Source: a virus (lineage: Duplodnaviria > Caudoviricetes). From it: DNA of 40,091 bases. The notes under the pieces are model-generated. The model saw nothing but the letters and a program-made list of their open reading frames with translations, did no database searches and was not told where the DNA came from. The stretch covers positions 1 through 40,091 of the IMG/VR virus record IMGVR_UViG_3300033076_000932; one strand, written 5' to 3'. Shown here one piece after another: positions 25,082-33,417 of the stretch. Both the position numbers and the translations under genes were made by a program. Position 1 is the first letter of the stretch. Every line of letters begins with the position of its first letter.

Positions 25082-25476
25082 CCCGTGAAGAACTGCAAAA
25101 GCGATTCCCCAACTGCACAGAACAGTTCCTGCGGCTCAACGCCAGCGATGCCGTCCGCACAGTTGGTGTACCCGTTCCGGCTGGTCATCCCCGGCAGACT
25201 GCCAAGCTGGAACGTGGTGCTGGGCATGGGGCACTGGCAGCGGGACAAGTTCAAAAAGCAGATGCAGCAAAGTTTTTTGTCCGCGTTACGAGTTACCGCA
25301 GGCGATTGCTCGACGAAGACAACATCTGCGAAAAGTTCGCTGTGGACTGCTGCCGCTACGCTGGAGTGCTACCTGGAGACAATCCGGCTCAAGCGAGAAT
25401 CATCACGACTCAAGAAAAGGCAGGAAGCCAAGAGGAAGAAAGAACGGAGATCATCATAGAAAGGATTGCGCCATGA
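25078..25476 (+). CDS. RusA-like Holliday junction resolvase, catalytic-half frame
   Basis: RRRLLDEDN...KFAVD...GVLPGDN matches RusA DxDN...K...D...DD; ATGA overlaps on both sides. Confidence 0.7.
   Translation: MTREELQKRFPNCTEQFLRLNASDAVRTVGVPVPAGHPRQTAKLERGAGHGALAAGQVQKADAAKFFVRVTSYRRRLLDEDNICEKFAVDCCRYAGVLPGDNPAQARIITTQEKAGSQEEERTEIIIERIAP
25148..25459 (+). CDS. Overlapping ORF carrying the RusA-like N-terminal motif
   Basis: LVIPGRLPSWN...HWQRDKFKK in a different frame, nested in the resolvase ORF. Confidence 0.5.
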   Translation: MPSAQLVYPFRLVIPGRLPSWNVVLGMGHWQRDKFKKQMQQSFLSALRVTAGDCSTKTTSAKSSLWTAAATLECYLETIRLKRESSRLKKRQEAKRKKERRSS

Positions 25477-25898
25477 GCTTTGCACAAATGCACAACGACT
25501 ATCTAGACCCAGACAAGCACTTGCCACAGACAGAGGAGTGCGGGGATGAGTGGGATACTGCGGTGGATGCGCTGCAGAAGAAGCTCAAGAAGGTGGAAAT
25601 GGAGCGGGACAAGTGGAAGCAGCAATACCAGACCGTTACCGATGAACGTGCGGCATCGTTTCTCCGCATCGGGCGGGCACTTGGCGGCATGTCATTGACC
25701 GAGTACCAGCCCGAAGTTGACCTTGAGATTGAGGCAGCAGCAAGGGCTGCGCGTGAGGATGTTGCACTACTCGACTGGGCAGACGCAAACAACCCGGATG
25801 TCTATTGGGAAAAGACACCAACATTTCGTGAGCGATTGAGGCAGACCCGCGATTACACATTGGCACGATCAGCATCAGAAAAGAGCGACACACCATGA
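25473..25898 (+). CDS. Hypothetical protein
   Basis: 141 aa, ATGA-coupled. Confidence 0.65.
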   Translation: MSFAQMHNDYLDPDKHLPQTEECGDEWDTAVDALQKKLKKVEMERDKWKQQYQTVTDERAASFLRIGRALGGMSLTEYQPEVDLEIEAAARAAREDVALLDWADANNPDVYWEKTPTFRERLRQTRDYTLARSASEKSDTP

Positions 25899-26452
25899 AC
25901 ACCACCGACCACGTTAGCGACCTAACCGATCCGTGCCGAGACGCACGGAATAGCGACATCACCGCCCTCCGCGCCCGCTGCGAGCAAGCCGAATTGGACT
26001 GCAAGCGGCATCACGAAATGGCGACCCATAACATCAAGCGTGCCGAGCAAGCCGAGCGCGAGCGGGACGAGCAGGCAAAAGAGCTAAAAGCAGTTCAGGA
26101 CGCTTTACTCGCACGCGATGAGGATTACCCGGTGGATGCCACCACGGCGGAAATCGTACAGCGTATTCTGCGCGAGCGCGACGAGGCGCGAAACGGCCTG
26201 CACGTTCTACGTCTGCACAACGACCAACTCCGCGCCGACCTCGCCATCGCCACCCAATCCCGTGACAACTGGGAGTGCGCGACCAAGGCAAATGACGCGG
26301 TTGTTGCCAAGCTGAAAGCCGAACTCGCCGCCGCACGGGAGGACTCGGCGCGGTTGGATTGGTTGCTACAAGACGACGTGATTCGGTTTGGCCACAAGTA
26401 TGCCGACCGCGAGGACATCGACGCGGCCCGCGCGGGAGGGGCGCAGCAATGA
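25895..26452 (+). CDS. Hypothetical coiled-coil protein
   Basis: AEQAERERDE repeats; DSARLDWL...REDIDAAR tail common in phage accessory ORFs. Confidence 0.7.
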   Translation: MNTTDHVSDLTDPCRDARNSDITALRARCEQAELDCKRHHEMATHNIKRAEQAERERDEQAKELKAVQDALLARDEDYPVDATTAEIVQRILRERDEARNGLHVLRLHNDQLRADLAIATQSRDNWECATKANDAVVAKLKAELAAAREDSARLDWLLQDDVIRFGHKYADREDIDAARAGGAQQ

Positions 26453-26643
26453 ACACGCCTAAGTGGATTAAGATAGACCGCTGCCGTTTGCCAAAAACGG
26501 GCATCATCATCGCCGGTTCGTATAGAAACGGAGAGTGGAGTATGTGCAGCGTTAGCAACGAAGGATTTCCGCGCTGGTGCGATTCTGACCGCACCCATTA
26601 TTGCCGACTACCGAATCCGCCGAAGCAGAAAGGCCAACCATGA
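26449..26643 (+). CDS. Hypothetical protein (DUF551-like)
   Basis: WIKIDRCRLP...THYCRLPNPP. Confidence 0.55.
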   Translation: MNTPKWIKIDRCRLPKTGIIIAGSYRNGEWSMCSVSNEGFPRWCDSDRTHYCRLPNPPKQKGQP

Positions 26644-26816
26644 AACCAACGATTCCGAGCGGGTGGCGCAGACTTGCTACTGGCGACAAGGTAAAGCGGG
26701 GAGACAAAATGCTGATCGCTAAGTGCTGGATACAGATGGACAGCGATCACGATTGGCCGATTCAGCCGGACGAAACGATAATCCGCCGCGTGGCGGGTAA
26801 GGGGAAACGCAAATGA
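26640..26816 (+). CDS. Hypothetical protein
   Basis: IPSGWRRLATGDKVKRGD; ATGA-coupled. Confidence 0.55.
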   Translation: MKPTIPSGWRRLATGDKVKRGDKMLIAKCWIQMDSDHDWPIQPDETIIRRVAGKGKRK

Positions 26817-27091
26817 AAACACCCGAGGAAATCTGGGACAGCGGCAGCGCAAGCGAAGCCTTCAACGCTGCGCTGCGGGAGGCACGCCGCTGGCGCACAG
26901 TGGCGGAAGGGCTGGCGAGTGAACTGAATGTGTGCCGGAACGCGCTTTACTTTGAGAACGAGCACGCCCGCACCATACGTGGACCGGCAGAAACACCGGG
27001 AGACTTAGAGCTTCCATTTGACTACGCGATTGAACCAGCCGACGAAGCACTCGCCGCGTTTGAGCTGGCGAAAAAGGAGATGGGCACCTAG
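26813..27091 (+). CDS. Hypothetical protein
   Basis: Last plus-strand gene; its stop shares CTAG with the convergent gene. Confidence 0.6.
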   Translation: MKTPEEIWDSGSASEAFNAALREARRWRTVAEGLASELNVCRNALYFENEHARTIRGPAETPGDLELPFDYAIEPADEALAAFELAKKEMGT

Positions 27092-27342
27092 CCCTTCCCA
27101 GCCTTCTCCTTCGGCTGGATCTTGCGATAGGCAGTCACCCGCACAATCCGCTTGGTGAGCTTATCCCACACTGGGAACACATTGCTCTCCACCACCCGTG
27201 CCTTGATGGCTGGGGCCAGGTGCAGCCTCACACTGTCTTCGCTGCAGCCAATCTGCTCCGCAACCTTGGCGCGGGAGTCCCAGCCTTCGGGCAGGACATA
27301 GGTGGCAGCGTTCTGTGATTCAACGAGGGTTTTCCAGTTCAT
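27088..27342 (-). CDS. Small winged-HTH-like protein
   Basis: WDSRAKVAEQIGCSEDSVRLHL. Confidence 0.6.
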   Translation of the reverse strand: MNWKTLVESQNAATYVLPEGWDSRAKVAEQIGCSEDSVRLHLAPAIKARVVESNVFPVWDKLTKRIVRVTAYRKIQPKEKAGKG

Positions 27343-28313
27343 ATCTTGAGGAGTGATCCAAGGTGCGTCTCCCCATCAATCACGGGGATGTTGAGATGGA
27401 GAAACCCGCCATCCGGTGCCACCAGTTGCACGGCATAGCCATGTGTCCAGTTGGTGGGGGCGGTGTGCTGCCACAGCGGCTGCAGCTCACAAAGGCATCC
27501 AGGGTTCCAACTCCCCACAATGCCGGTGCCCACCCTGCGCATCAGCTCTGACTGCGCCCGGTGGGTGTGGCCAAAGACACAATTGCCGCCAATGCGATCC
27601 TGCGTTGCCGCCACTGCGTTCTTGGCGGTGGAGATGCCGTGGAAGAAGAAACATTTTCCCCGCTTGATCACCCCCGGCACCGGCAGCTTGTCATAGAACA
27701 CCCCTTGCCGATAGTAGGAGATGCCACGCTCACGCAGGCGCAGCCGGAACTCTGGCGAGTAAAGCTGCCGCAGTCCATCCGCATCCCTTGAGTGGCGCAG
27801 GGTCTGGGTCACGCACCAGGTCTCCACCCGCCGCTCATGGTTGCCCTCAAGATATTCCACCTTGGCCCTTGGAGCCGCAGCCTGCAGCGCATCAAGGAAG
27901 GCATTGGCGTGCTCTATGTCCTGCTCATAGCTGTACGCAGTCTCTGCCACATAGCCCATGACGTGGTTCTGCGCGAGGAAGCCACCGCAATCAACGTGAT
28001 CGCCCAAGAGGATGATCTCATGCGGGTCTAGAGTCTTCACATCCGCCAGCAGGGCAGACACTGCGGCACCATCTGCCTTGGCACCGTGGGTGTCTGGCAC
28101 AATCACCCGCACCACATCACCGGCACAGCGTGCCTTGGCCCCCTTGGTCTTGGGCAGTCGCACCGTGCGTGCTGCAAGGGTGCGGGCCAAGGTTGCCTTG
28201 GTCTCACGCAACTCCTGCTCCAGCTTCAACCGCTCCAGTGCGTGGGCTTTCTCAACCTCCTCACGCGATAGTGCCGCCCAGTCCACCCCTGCGCCGACTG
28301 CTTTGGATGACAT
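27339..28313 (-). CDS. Calcineurin-like metallophosphoesterase
   Basis: PDTH, GDHVD, GNHE, FHG, GHTH motifs. Confidence 0.9.
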   Translation of the reverse strand: MSSKAVGAGVDWAALSREEVEKAHALERLKLEQELRETKATLARTLAARTVRLPKTKGAKARCAGDVVRVIVPDTHGAKADGAAVSALLADVKTLDPHEIILLGDHVDCGGFLAQNHVMGYVAETAYSYEQDIEHANAFLDALQAAAPRAKVEYLEGNHERRVETWCVTQTLRHSRDADGLRQLYSPEFRLRLRERGISYYRQGVFYDKLPVPGVIKRGKCFFFHGISTAKNAVAATQDRIGGNCVFGHTHRAQSELMRRVGTGIVGSWNPGCLCELQPLWQHTAPTNWTHGYAVQLVAPDGGFLHLNIPVIDGETHLGSLLKI

Positions 28314-28332
28314 ACCACAAAGCCAGCGTCAC
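28311..28332 (-). promoter_or_regulatory. GTGACG-N13-ATG late-gene motif (phosphoesterase)
   Basis: GTGACG ctggctttgtggt ATG. Confidence 0.6.
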
Positions 28333-28345
28333 CTCATGCAGCGGT

Positions 28346-28675
28346 TTATCTGGTCAACCACTGCACCACCAGCGAAGCCACCACGCCAAGCACAGATCCG
28401 GCACCGCTTGCCATTGCGATCACCGTCTTCACTGAGCTGCTGGCCTGCGCCATGCCCAGCTTCACATCCTGCAGTGCAGAATCATGCTTCTCCACGATGG
28501 TCTTCAGATCCTTCATGGCTTCCGCAAGGGCTAGGCAGCTCCCTGGTGCTGGGCACAGGCTCTTGGTCACCAGCAGGGAAAGGTTGTCTACCTTTAGCCC
28601 TAGTGCATCCACCTTGCGCTCCAGTTCTGGCAGACGATATGCCACAACCTTTGGATCTATTACATCGTCACTCAT
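28346..28675 (-). CDS. Coiled-coil protein with a C-terminal TM (lysis-cassette/holin-associated)
   Basis: Coiled coil followed by AGSVLGVVASLVVQWL. Confidence 0.6.
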   Translation of the reverse strand: MSDDVIDPKVVAYRLPELERKVDALGLKVDNLSLLVTKSLCPAPGSCLALAEAMKDLKTIVEKHDSALQDVKLGMAQASSSVKTVIAMASGAGSVLGVVASLVVQWLTR

Positions 28676-29106
28676 GGTGTTCTTTTCGGTTCAAGCCCAG
28701 CTTTGCGCCAAGCGTTCATTTGCAGAAAGTCCACCATCCCCTGCTTGGAGATGAGCCAGCGATCAGTGCCGATGGGGGCAATTCCATGATCGGGCTGCAG
28801 CGGCGGGGCGAAGTCGCCACCATATACCGCAATCAACGCATTGTGCCGCTGCCGGAAGTGGTCTGTGACCACAAAGCCAGAGGCGGTGCTCATCACAATC
28901 CCACTATTCTGCTGCCCACCATCAAAGCTGGCCTGCGTGGAGTGAACCACATCCGGTGTGACGGTGGTGCCGCAGCCCACAAACAGCAGGGCGGTGGCAA
29001 GGATAAGCACCACAAGGAAGATGATGCAGGCGACGTTGCGCCGATCCTCCTCTGTGCGCCGCTCCCAGCTATTCTGCAGCCTGTTTTCTGATCTCCTCGA
29101 GGTCAT
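28672..29106 (-). CDS. Putative lipoprotein (possible o-spanin-like); start uncertain
   Basis: RRN + hydrophobic stretch + FVGC lipobox-like motif. Confidence 0.55.
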   Translation of the reverse strand: MTSRRSENRLQNSWERRTEEDRRNVACIIFLVVLILATALLFVGCGTTVTPDVVHSTQASFDGGQQNSGIVMSTASGFVVTDHFRQRHNALIAVYGGDFAPPLQPDHGIAPIGTDRWLISKQGMVDFLQMNAWRKAGLEPKRTP

Positions 29107-29266
29107 TGGTGGCAACCGCACTGGTGGCAGCATTGCGGATCTCGGCATCGGCCTTGGCGCGGGCATTGGCCTGCATCTGGGGAGAGTTTGCACGGTCATC
29201 CGCCTTCTCCTTCAAGCGGAACAGGGCAGCGGCACCAGAGATGAGGTCTTTGATGAGCTGCCACAT
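29069..29266 (-). CDS. Small amphipathic/coiled-coil protein (possible i-spanin-like)
   Basis: MWQLIKDLISGAAALF followed by an Ala-rich coil; preceded by GTGACG-N13. Confidence 0.5.
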   Translation of the reverse strand: MWQLIKDLISGAAALFRLKEKADDRANSPQMQANARAKADAEIRNAATSAVATNDLEEIRKQAAE

Positions 29267-29285
29267 ACTACTTGGCTGGCGTCAC
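29264..29285 (-). promoter_or_regulatory. GTGACG-N13-ATG late-gene motif
   Basis: GTGACG ccagccaagtagt ATG. Confidence 0.55.
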
Positions 29286-29708
29286 TGCCACCGCCCTGTT
29301 GATGCCATTGGCCACAGCCTGCACAAACAGCTTCACGTCTGGCCGCACTGTGCTGGATACCTGCTCGGCATATCTGCGGCTGTAGGTATCCCACGCAGCC
29401 ATGACCAGCCCGGTAATCACCCGTGCATCCTCTGGGCTCACGCTGGTCTTGGCCAAGATCGCAGCCACATCCTCCTCCCTCACGGTGGTGCCGCCAAAGG
29501 TGGTGGATATGACCACCGCCATGCTGCGGGCCAGCGGCAAGTAGCTCGAGTTCTTGGCCAGCACCGGCACCAACCCCACGGCAATCACATCCTCCACCGC
29601 ATTGGCCAGCAATAGCTGCCGATCACTGGGCTGGGTAGGTGCAGACACGCACCCACCCAACAAAAGCCCGCAAATCGCAAGGAATAGGCTGCAGCGTGGC
29701 ATATTCAT
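29268..29708 (-). CDS. Putative lipoprotein
   Basis: MNMPRCSLFLAICGLLLGGC lipobox-like signal. Confidence 0.6.
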   Translation of the reverse strand: MNMPRCSLFLAICGLLLGGCVSAPTQPSDRQLLLANAVEDVIAVGLVPVLAKNSSYLPLARSMAVVISTTFGGTTVREEDVAAILAKTSVSPEDARVITGLVMAAWDTYSRRYAEQVSSTVRPDVKLFVQAVANGINRAVAVTPAK

Positions 29709-29983
29709 GGCTTGGTTGTCTGTGTTTCTGTGGATGTATCCGGCAGCAGTCCCTTGCCATCCTTCAGCCTGGATGCCGCTTGGTTGAAGAATGCCATGAG
29801 CGTGTTTGTCCACCCAGCAATGATGGCGATCACGATCAGAAACTTGGTCTGCCCATCACTTGTGGCCCAGTCTGTGCCAGCCAGCGCAGTCATAATGGAT
29901 GCGCAGAGCGAGTTGAACGAGAACAGCAGAACCCACCCAACGGTGAGCCGGTGTATGGCAAAGCTGCGCAGTGCTTCTTTCAT
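29705..29983 (-). CDS. Putative holin (two TM segments)
   Basis: 92 aa, two hydrophobic helices, hydrophilic C-tail. Confidence 0.6.
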   Translation of the reverse strand: MKEALRSFAIHRLTVGWVLLFSFNSLCASIMTALAGTDWATSDGQTKFLIVIAIIAGWTNTLMAFFNQAASRLKDGKGLLPDTSTETQTTKP

Positions 29984-30492
29984 GTGATGACGTTAAACCG
30001 CGATGCGATTTCGTTATCGTTCAGCGTGAGCAGTTCCCCGGTCTGCGGCTCGATGAACACGATGCCTTGGTCTGTGCCGACTGCCGCGATAGCGTGACCG
30101 CTGGCCCACTCAACAGGTGCGCCGAAGTAGGTTGGCCGGTACAGCCGGAACCAGTACGCCGCAACTGCTGCGCTCTGTGCCTTTGGGGTGCTGCCCCGCT
30201 CAAACTGCGCCAAGTACCAGCGCAGATTGAGGAAATCCCTGAACAGATGCGCGTGATTGTCGCAGTCCTGCCGCGCCAAATCAGACTTCACGCCGAGCCG
30301 ATCCATCTCAGCGCGGAACCAGCGATAGTGCTCTGGCAGCGCAGACGCCCACACCTCGGCATAAGTGTCGTCAGCCATCGGCCAGAGCGAGCCAAGCTGC
30401 GCGGCGAAGTCGCTGGCAGCATAGACACGCCCGGTCCAGAGCGATTGGGCCGGGGCGGGTTTCCGGCTGAAGAGCGAGGAAAGCCAACTCAT
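29980..30492 (-). CDS. Papain/transglutaminase-like cysteine hydrolase (MOA agglutinin C-terminal-like)
   Basis: ADDTY...QDCDNHA...GHAI...VFIEPQTG gives a Cys-His-Glu triad pattern; start MSWLSS by ATGA overlap. Confidence 0.6.
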   Translation of the reverse strand: MSWLSSLFSRKPAPAQSLWTGRVYAASDFAAQLGSLWPMADDTYAEVWASALPEHYRWFRAEMDRLGVKSDLARQDCDNHAHLFRDFLNLRWYLAQFERGSTPKAQSAAVAAYWFRLYRPTYFGAPVEWASGHAIAAVGTDQGIVFIEPQTGELLTLNDNEIASRFNVIT

Positions 30493-31073
30493 GGAATCAC
30501 GATGGTCTTCCCAAACTGCTCGACTTCGTAGTGAACGTCGAAGTCGAGCAGGACGATGGTTGAGGCGTCGGTGTTGCCGGAATCGACGCGGGTCAGCTTC
30601 CACATCACCACGCAACTTTCGGTGTAGTTGGCGAGGTCGATGGTCCCGACGTTGAAGATGCCGTGCTTCTGCACGCTGTTGGGATTCGTTACCGTCACCA
30701 CCGGCAGCGACGTGTAAGCGCCATAGTTGCCCGCCGAAAAGTTGCCGTTGATGTTGGCGACCGTGTAGTCCAGCCGCCATTTGCTCACGTTGGTATTCCC
30801 GGTGGGGAACATCAAGTGAATGTGCGGCGATATGGTCGTGCCCGCCTTCCACGCATGGGGAAGCTGGAAGTTACCGGCGATTACCTTGTCGCTGCCTGCG
30901 GCAAATTCCAGCATCCCGGTCGTCTGGCTGCGTGTCGGGTCGCTTGCCGCACCGGGCGGATTGATGCCCGAGGACGGGAAGCGCAAGTCATCCTGCACCG
31001 ATGGGTTGATGTAGTTTCCGGCCAATAGCAGGCCGAGAACTACCGCAACGATGGCGAGTGAGAGTCGTTTCAT
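30489..31073 (-). CDS. Beta-sandwich protein with an N-terminal signal peptide (fibre/spike-associated-like)
   Basis: MKRLSLAIVAVVLGLLLAG; QLPHAWKAGTTISPHIH...DFDVHYE. Confidence 0.65.
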   Translation of the reverse strand: MKRLSLAIVAVVLGLLLAGNYINPSVQDDLRFPSSGINPPGAASDPTRSQTTGMLEFAAGSDKVIAGNFQLPHAWKAGTTISPHIHLMFPTGNTNVSKWRLDYTVANINGNFSAGNYGAYTSLPVVTVTNPNSVQKHGIFNVGTIDLANYTESCVVMWKLTRVDSGNTDASTIVLLDFDVHYEVEQFGKTIVIP

Positions 31074-31074
31074 G

Positions 31075-33414
31075 TTACGGAGTCCACTGGCCTTTGTTTA
31101 CCCACGAACCGGACTCGCGCCGTTCGACTACGAGGTTGTTCCCGCTACGGATGAAGCGCCAACTGCCGTCGGTGGCGCTGTCGCCAAGGTAAAACGCAGT
31201 CGTCGAGGAAGTGGTAACATTCCCCGTCGCCGTCACCGCCCCCGCACTCAGCGTGACGGTGTTGCCGCCGGTGCCGAAGATCGCGTTATCATTGCCGATG
31301 AAAACTTGCCGCGCTCCCGCTCGAACAATCTCAACGTCCTGCCCGGTAGTCGTGCCGAACTGCGCATTGCCCACCGTGTCAGGCGAGGAGAAGAAAGCGG
31401 TGCGGCCTTGACCATCGACAGCAACAACACGCGACGGGAACTGCCCGACAGTTGTGTTCGTTACGGTGAGATCGTTGTTACCGGAAACTGCGCGGGTTTG
31501 GTTGATCGTCCCGCTGGCGGTGAGGTTGCCGGTGAAAGTCGGATTCCCGTTCACATCGAAACGGAACCGAGAAACCGATGGCGCGTCCGAGTTCGTCGTG
31601 CTCTGCATCAGTTCCCAAGCGCCTTCGCTTGTCTCGTTGATCGCGAAACCCCACGAGCGGGAGTTTGCCGCAGTGCGCGTGGTCTTATGGGTGAAAGTCG
31701 TGCCACCCGGCGATGCGGTTGTCAGCGTAAGCCCTTGCCCGTTCTTCGGCGTCACCGTCAACCCGCCCGCACTGTCGCCCGCAATCGTCGCCTGACTGCC
31801 CGCCGTCGTGCCAAGGCTGATCAGGTTGCCGTTCGGCACGCTCCACGTCACGCCGGAAGCGGGCAGGGTGATCGTGCCGCTGGTGCCGACCTGCGCGGGA
31901 ACAGTCAGGCCAGAGCCCACGCTGTAGTCGGGGGAGAGGAGGAGGCCGAGACGAGTAACTGAAATGCCAGTGAGCGCAAAATCTGTGCTCTCCGCTGGAC
32001 TGTTCCAGAAGTAAAGCGGAAGCGCGCCGGACGCCGTCGCGGTCAGGATTGCGGCGTTTGCGCCCGCTGTAACCGTGTGAATGTTTGACTTGTTTCCGCT
32101 CAAAAGCGGACTGTCGAAAGATAGCTTAGGCGCGGTCCCGCTGTTGAGCGTAGCGGAAAAACTAACCAAGAAGCGCTGGCCGACTGCCGCCGTGAATGTC
32201 GTAGGTGCGGCAAGCGCAAATGCCCCCCCCGTGTTTCCGCCTGCATAGGTTGCGGCAAGTGCGGCGCCGCTTGCACTTGTCAGCGTGTCGTAATCATATT
32301 GCGCATCGCCGCTGTTTGTCCACGCGCCAGTAAGCAAAGTCGTATTGCTCGCGCTGTTGTAATCCGCCCCCGCCGCCGCGCCCGTCTCGGCCAAGGACGT
32401 AATTTCCGCTGCGGACAGGGCGCGGTTGAATACTTGCGACCGGCTAATAGTTCCGGTGAAAACAAAAGCATCATAGGAAATGTACGCACCGATAAGCGTT
32501 ATGTTTCCGTATGTAAGCGTATCTGCCGTCGTTCCCGCTGCTACTCCGTCGATGTAGTAAGTTCCGGTATCTGCGTTAGAATCGCAGACGTAAGCAACAT
32601 GGTGGGTTTTCCCAGCAGTTAAAACGCCAGTAGATGCCGTGTTTCCGACTTGGTTTGCGGTTGCGGAGACCAAGTGCCCGGTGCTGTCGATAAACAGAGA
32701 AAACGCGCCGGTCGTGCCTGAAAAAACCCCCTTTGAACTACCAAACGAGGATGCGTTTACAAATGCCGAAACAGTAAACGATCCGGTTGCTGGCGTAGAT
32801 GTACAAGTCGCTCCAGCTTCGCCCGAAAAGCAAAGACCCGGCGCGGGGGCGCGGGCGGCGAGGGAGGAGGAGAGTTGAGGGCCGGAGGTGCCGAGGGTGA
32901 CGGTGCCGTTGATTGAGTCGGCGGTTAGGTCTTCAACCTGCATGTCGCCTGCGTCTCCGGTGGGCGTGCCCTTGAGGGAGACGGGACCAGCAACGTATTT
33001 GATGCCGGGGGCGTCTGAGTTCCAATAGGTGTCCGATGAGGATGCCACGTCGACACCGTTGATCTTCAAGCCTGCTGCATTGATGACACCAGAGGAAGGA
33101 GCCCCGCCAGTTGGGGAGCCAACCACAACCGGACCTTGAAGCGAGATTGCACCCGTGGCTGCAGGGGTGAGCGTGATGTTGGCAGAGCCGGTGTACGGCA
33201 GCACCAGGGCAGACGACGACACCGGCACATAAGTGGAGTTGAACGTTAGGGTGTAGCCATAACCTGCGGTCACATTGCGCTGCACGTTGTCATCATTGCT
33301 GCTGTTGCGCTGCATGATGAGCAGATCATTGGCTGCATCTGCAGCCCACCCACTCACCGCCAAAAAGACGGCGAACACCAGAAACAGAAGGTTTTCTTTA
33401 GCGTTGGTTTTCAT
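31075..33414 (-). CDS. Large T/G/S-rich fibre/adhesin-like protein with a LamG (ConA-like) domain and signal peptide
   Basis: FTVSAFVN...KTHHVAYV...YYIDGV...VFNRALSAAEI LamG pattern; C-terminal DGSWRFIRSGNNLVVERRESGSW; hydrophobic N-terminus ending GWA-AD. Confidence 0.75.
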   Translation of the reverse strand: MKTNAKENLLFLVFAVFLAVSGWAADAANDLLIMQRNSSNDDNVQRNVTAGYGYTLTFNSTYVPVSSSALVLPYTGSANITLTPAATGAISLQGPVVVGSPTGGAPSSGVINAAGLKINGVDVASSSDTYWNSDAPGIKYVAGPVSLKGTPTGDAGDMQVEDLTADSINGTVTLGTSGPQLSSSLAARAPAPGLCFSGEAGATCTSTPATGSFTVSAFVNASSFGSSKGVFSGTTGAFSLFIDSTGHLVSATANQVGNTASTGVLTAGKTHHVAYVCDSNADTGTYYIDGVAAGTTADTLTYGNITLIGAYISYDAFVFTGTISRSQVFNRALSAAEITSLAETGAAAGADYNSASNTTLLTGAWTNSGDAQYDYDTLTSASGAALAATYAGGNTGGAFALAAPTTFTAAVGQRFLVSFSATLNSGTAPKLSFDSPLLSGNKSNIHTVTAGANAAILTATASGALPLYFWNSPAESTDFALTGISVTRLGLLLSPDYSVGSGLTVPAQVGTSGTITLPASGVTWSVPNGNLISLGTTAGSQATIAGDSAGGLTVTPKNGQGLTLTTASPGGTTFTHKTTRTAANSRSWGFAINETSEGAWELMQSTTNSDAPSVSRFRFDVNGNPTFTGNLTASGTINQTRAVSGNNDLTVTNTTVGQFPSRVVAVDGQGRTAFFSSPDTVGNAQFGTTTGQDVEIVRAGARQVFIGNDNAIFGTGGNTVTLSAGAVTATGNVTTSSTTAFYLGDSATDGSWRFIRSGNNLVVERRESGSWVNKGQWTP

Positions 33415-33417
33415 TGA

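Noticed and set aside
29980-30852. 290-aa version of the cysteine hydrolase ORF
   Set aside because: The N-terminal 120 aa overlap gene 30489-31073 in another frame; the ATGA-coupled start at 30492 is more plausible
31075-33414. Diversity-generating retroelement or invertible tail-fibre cassette
   Set aside because: No reverse transcriptase or invertase gene, and no template/variable repeat pair noticed
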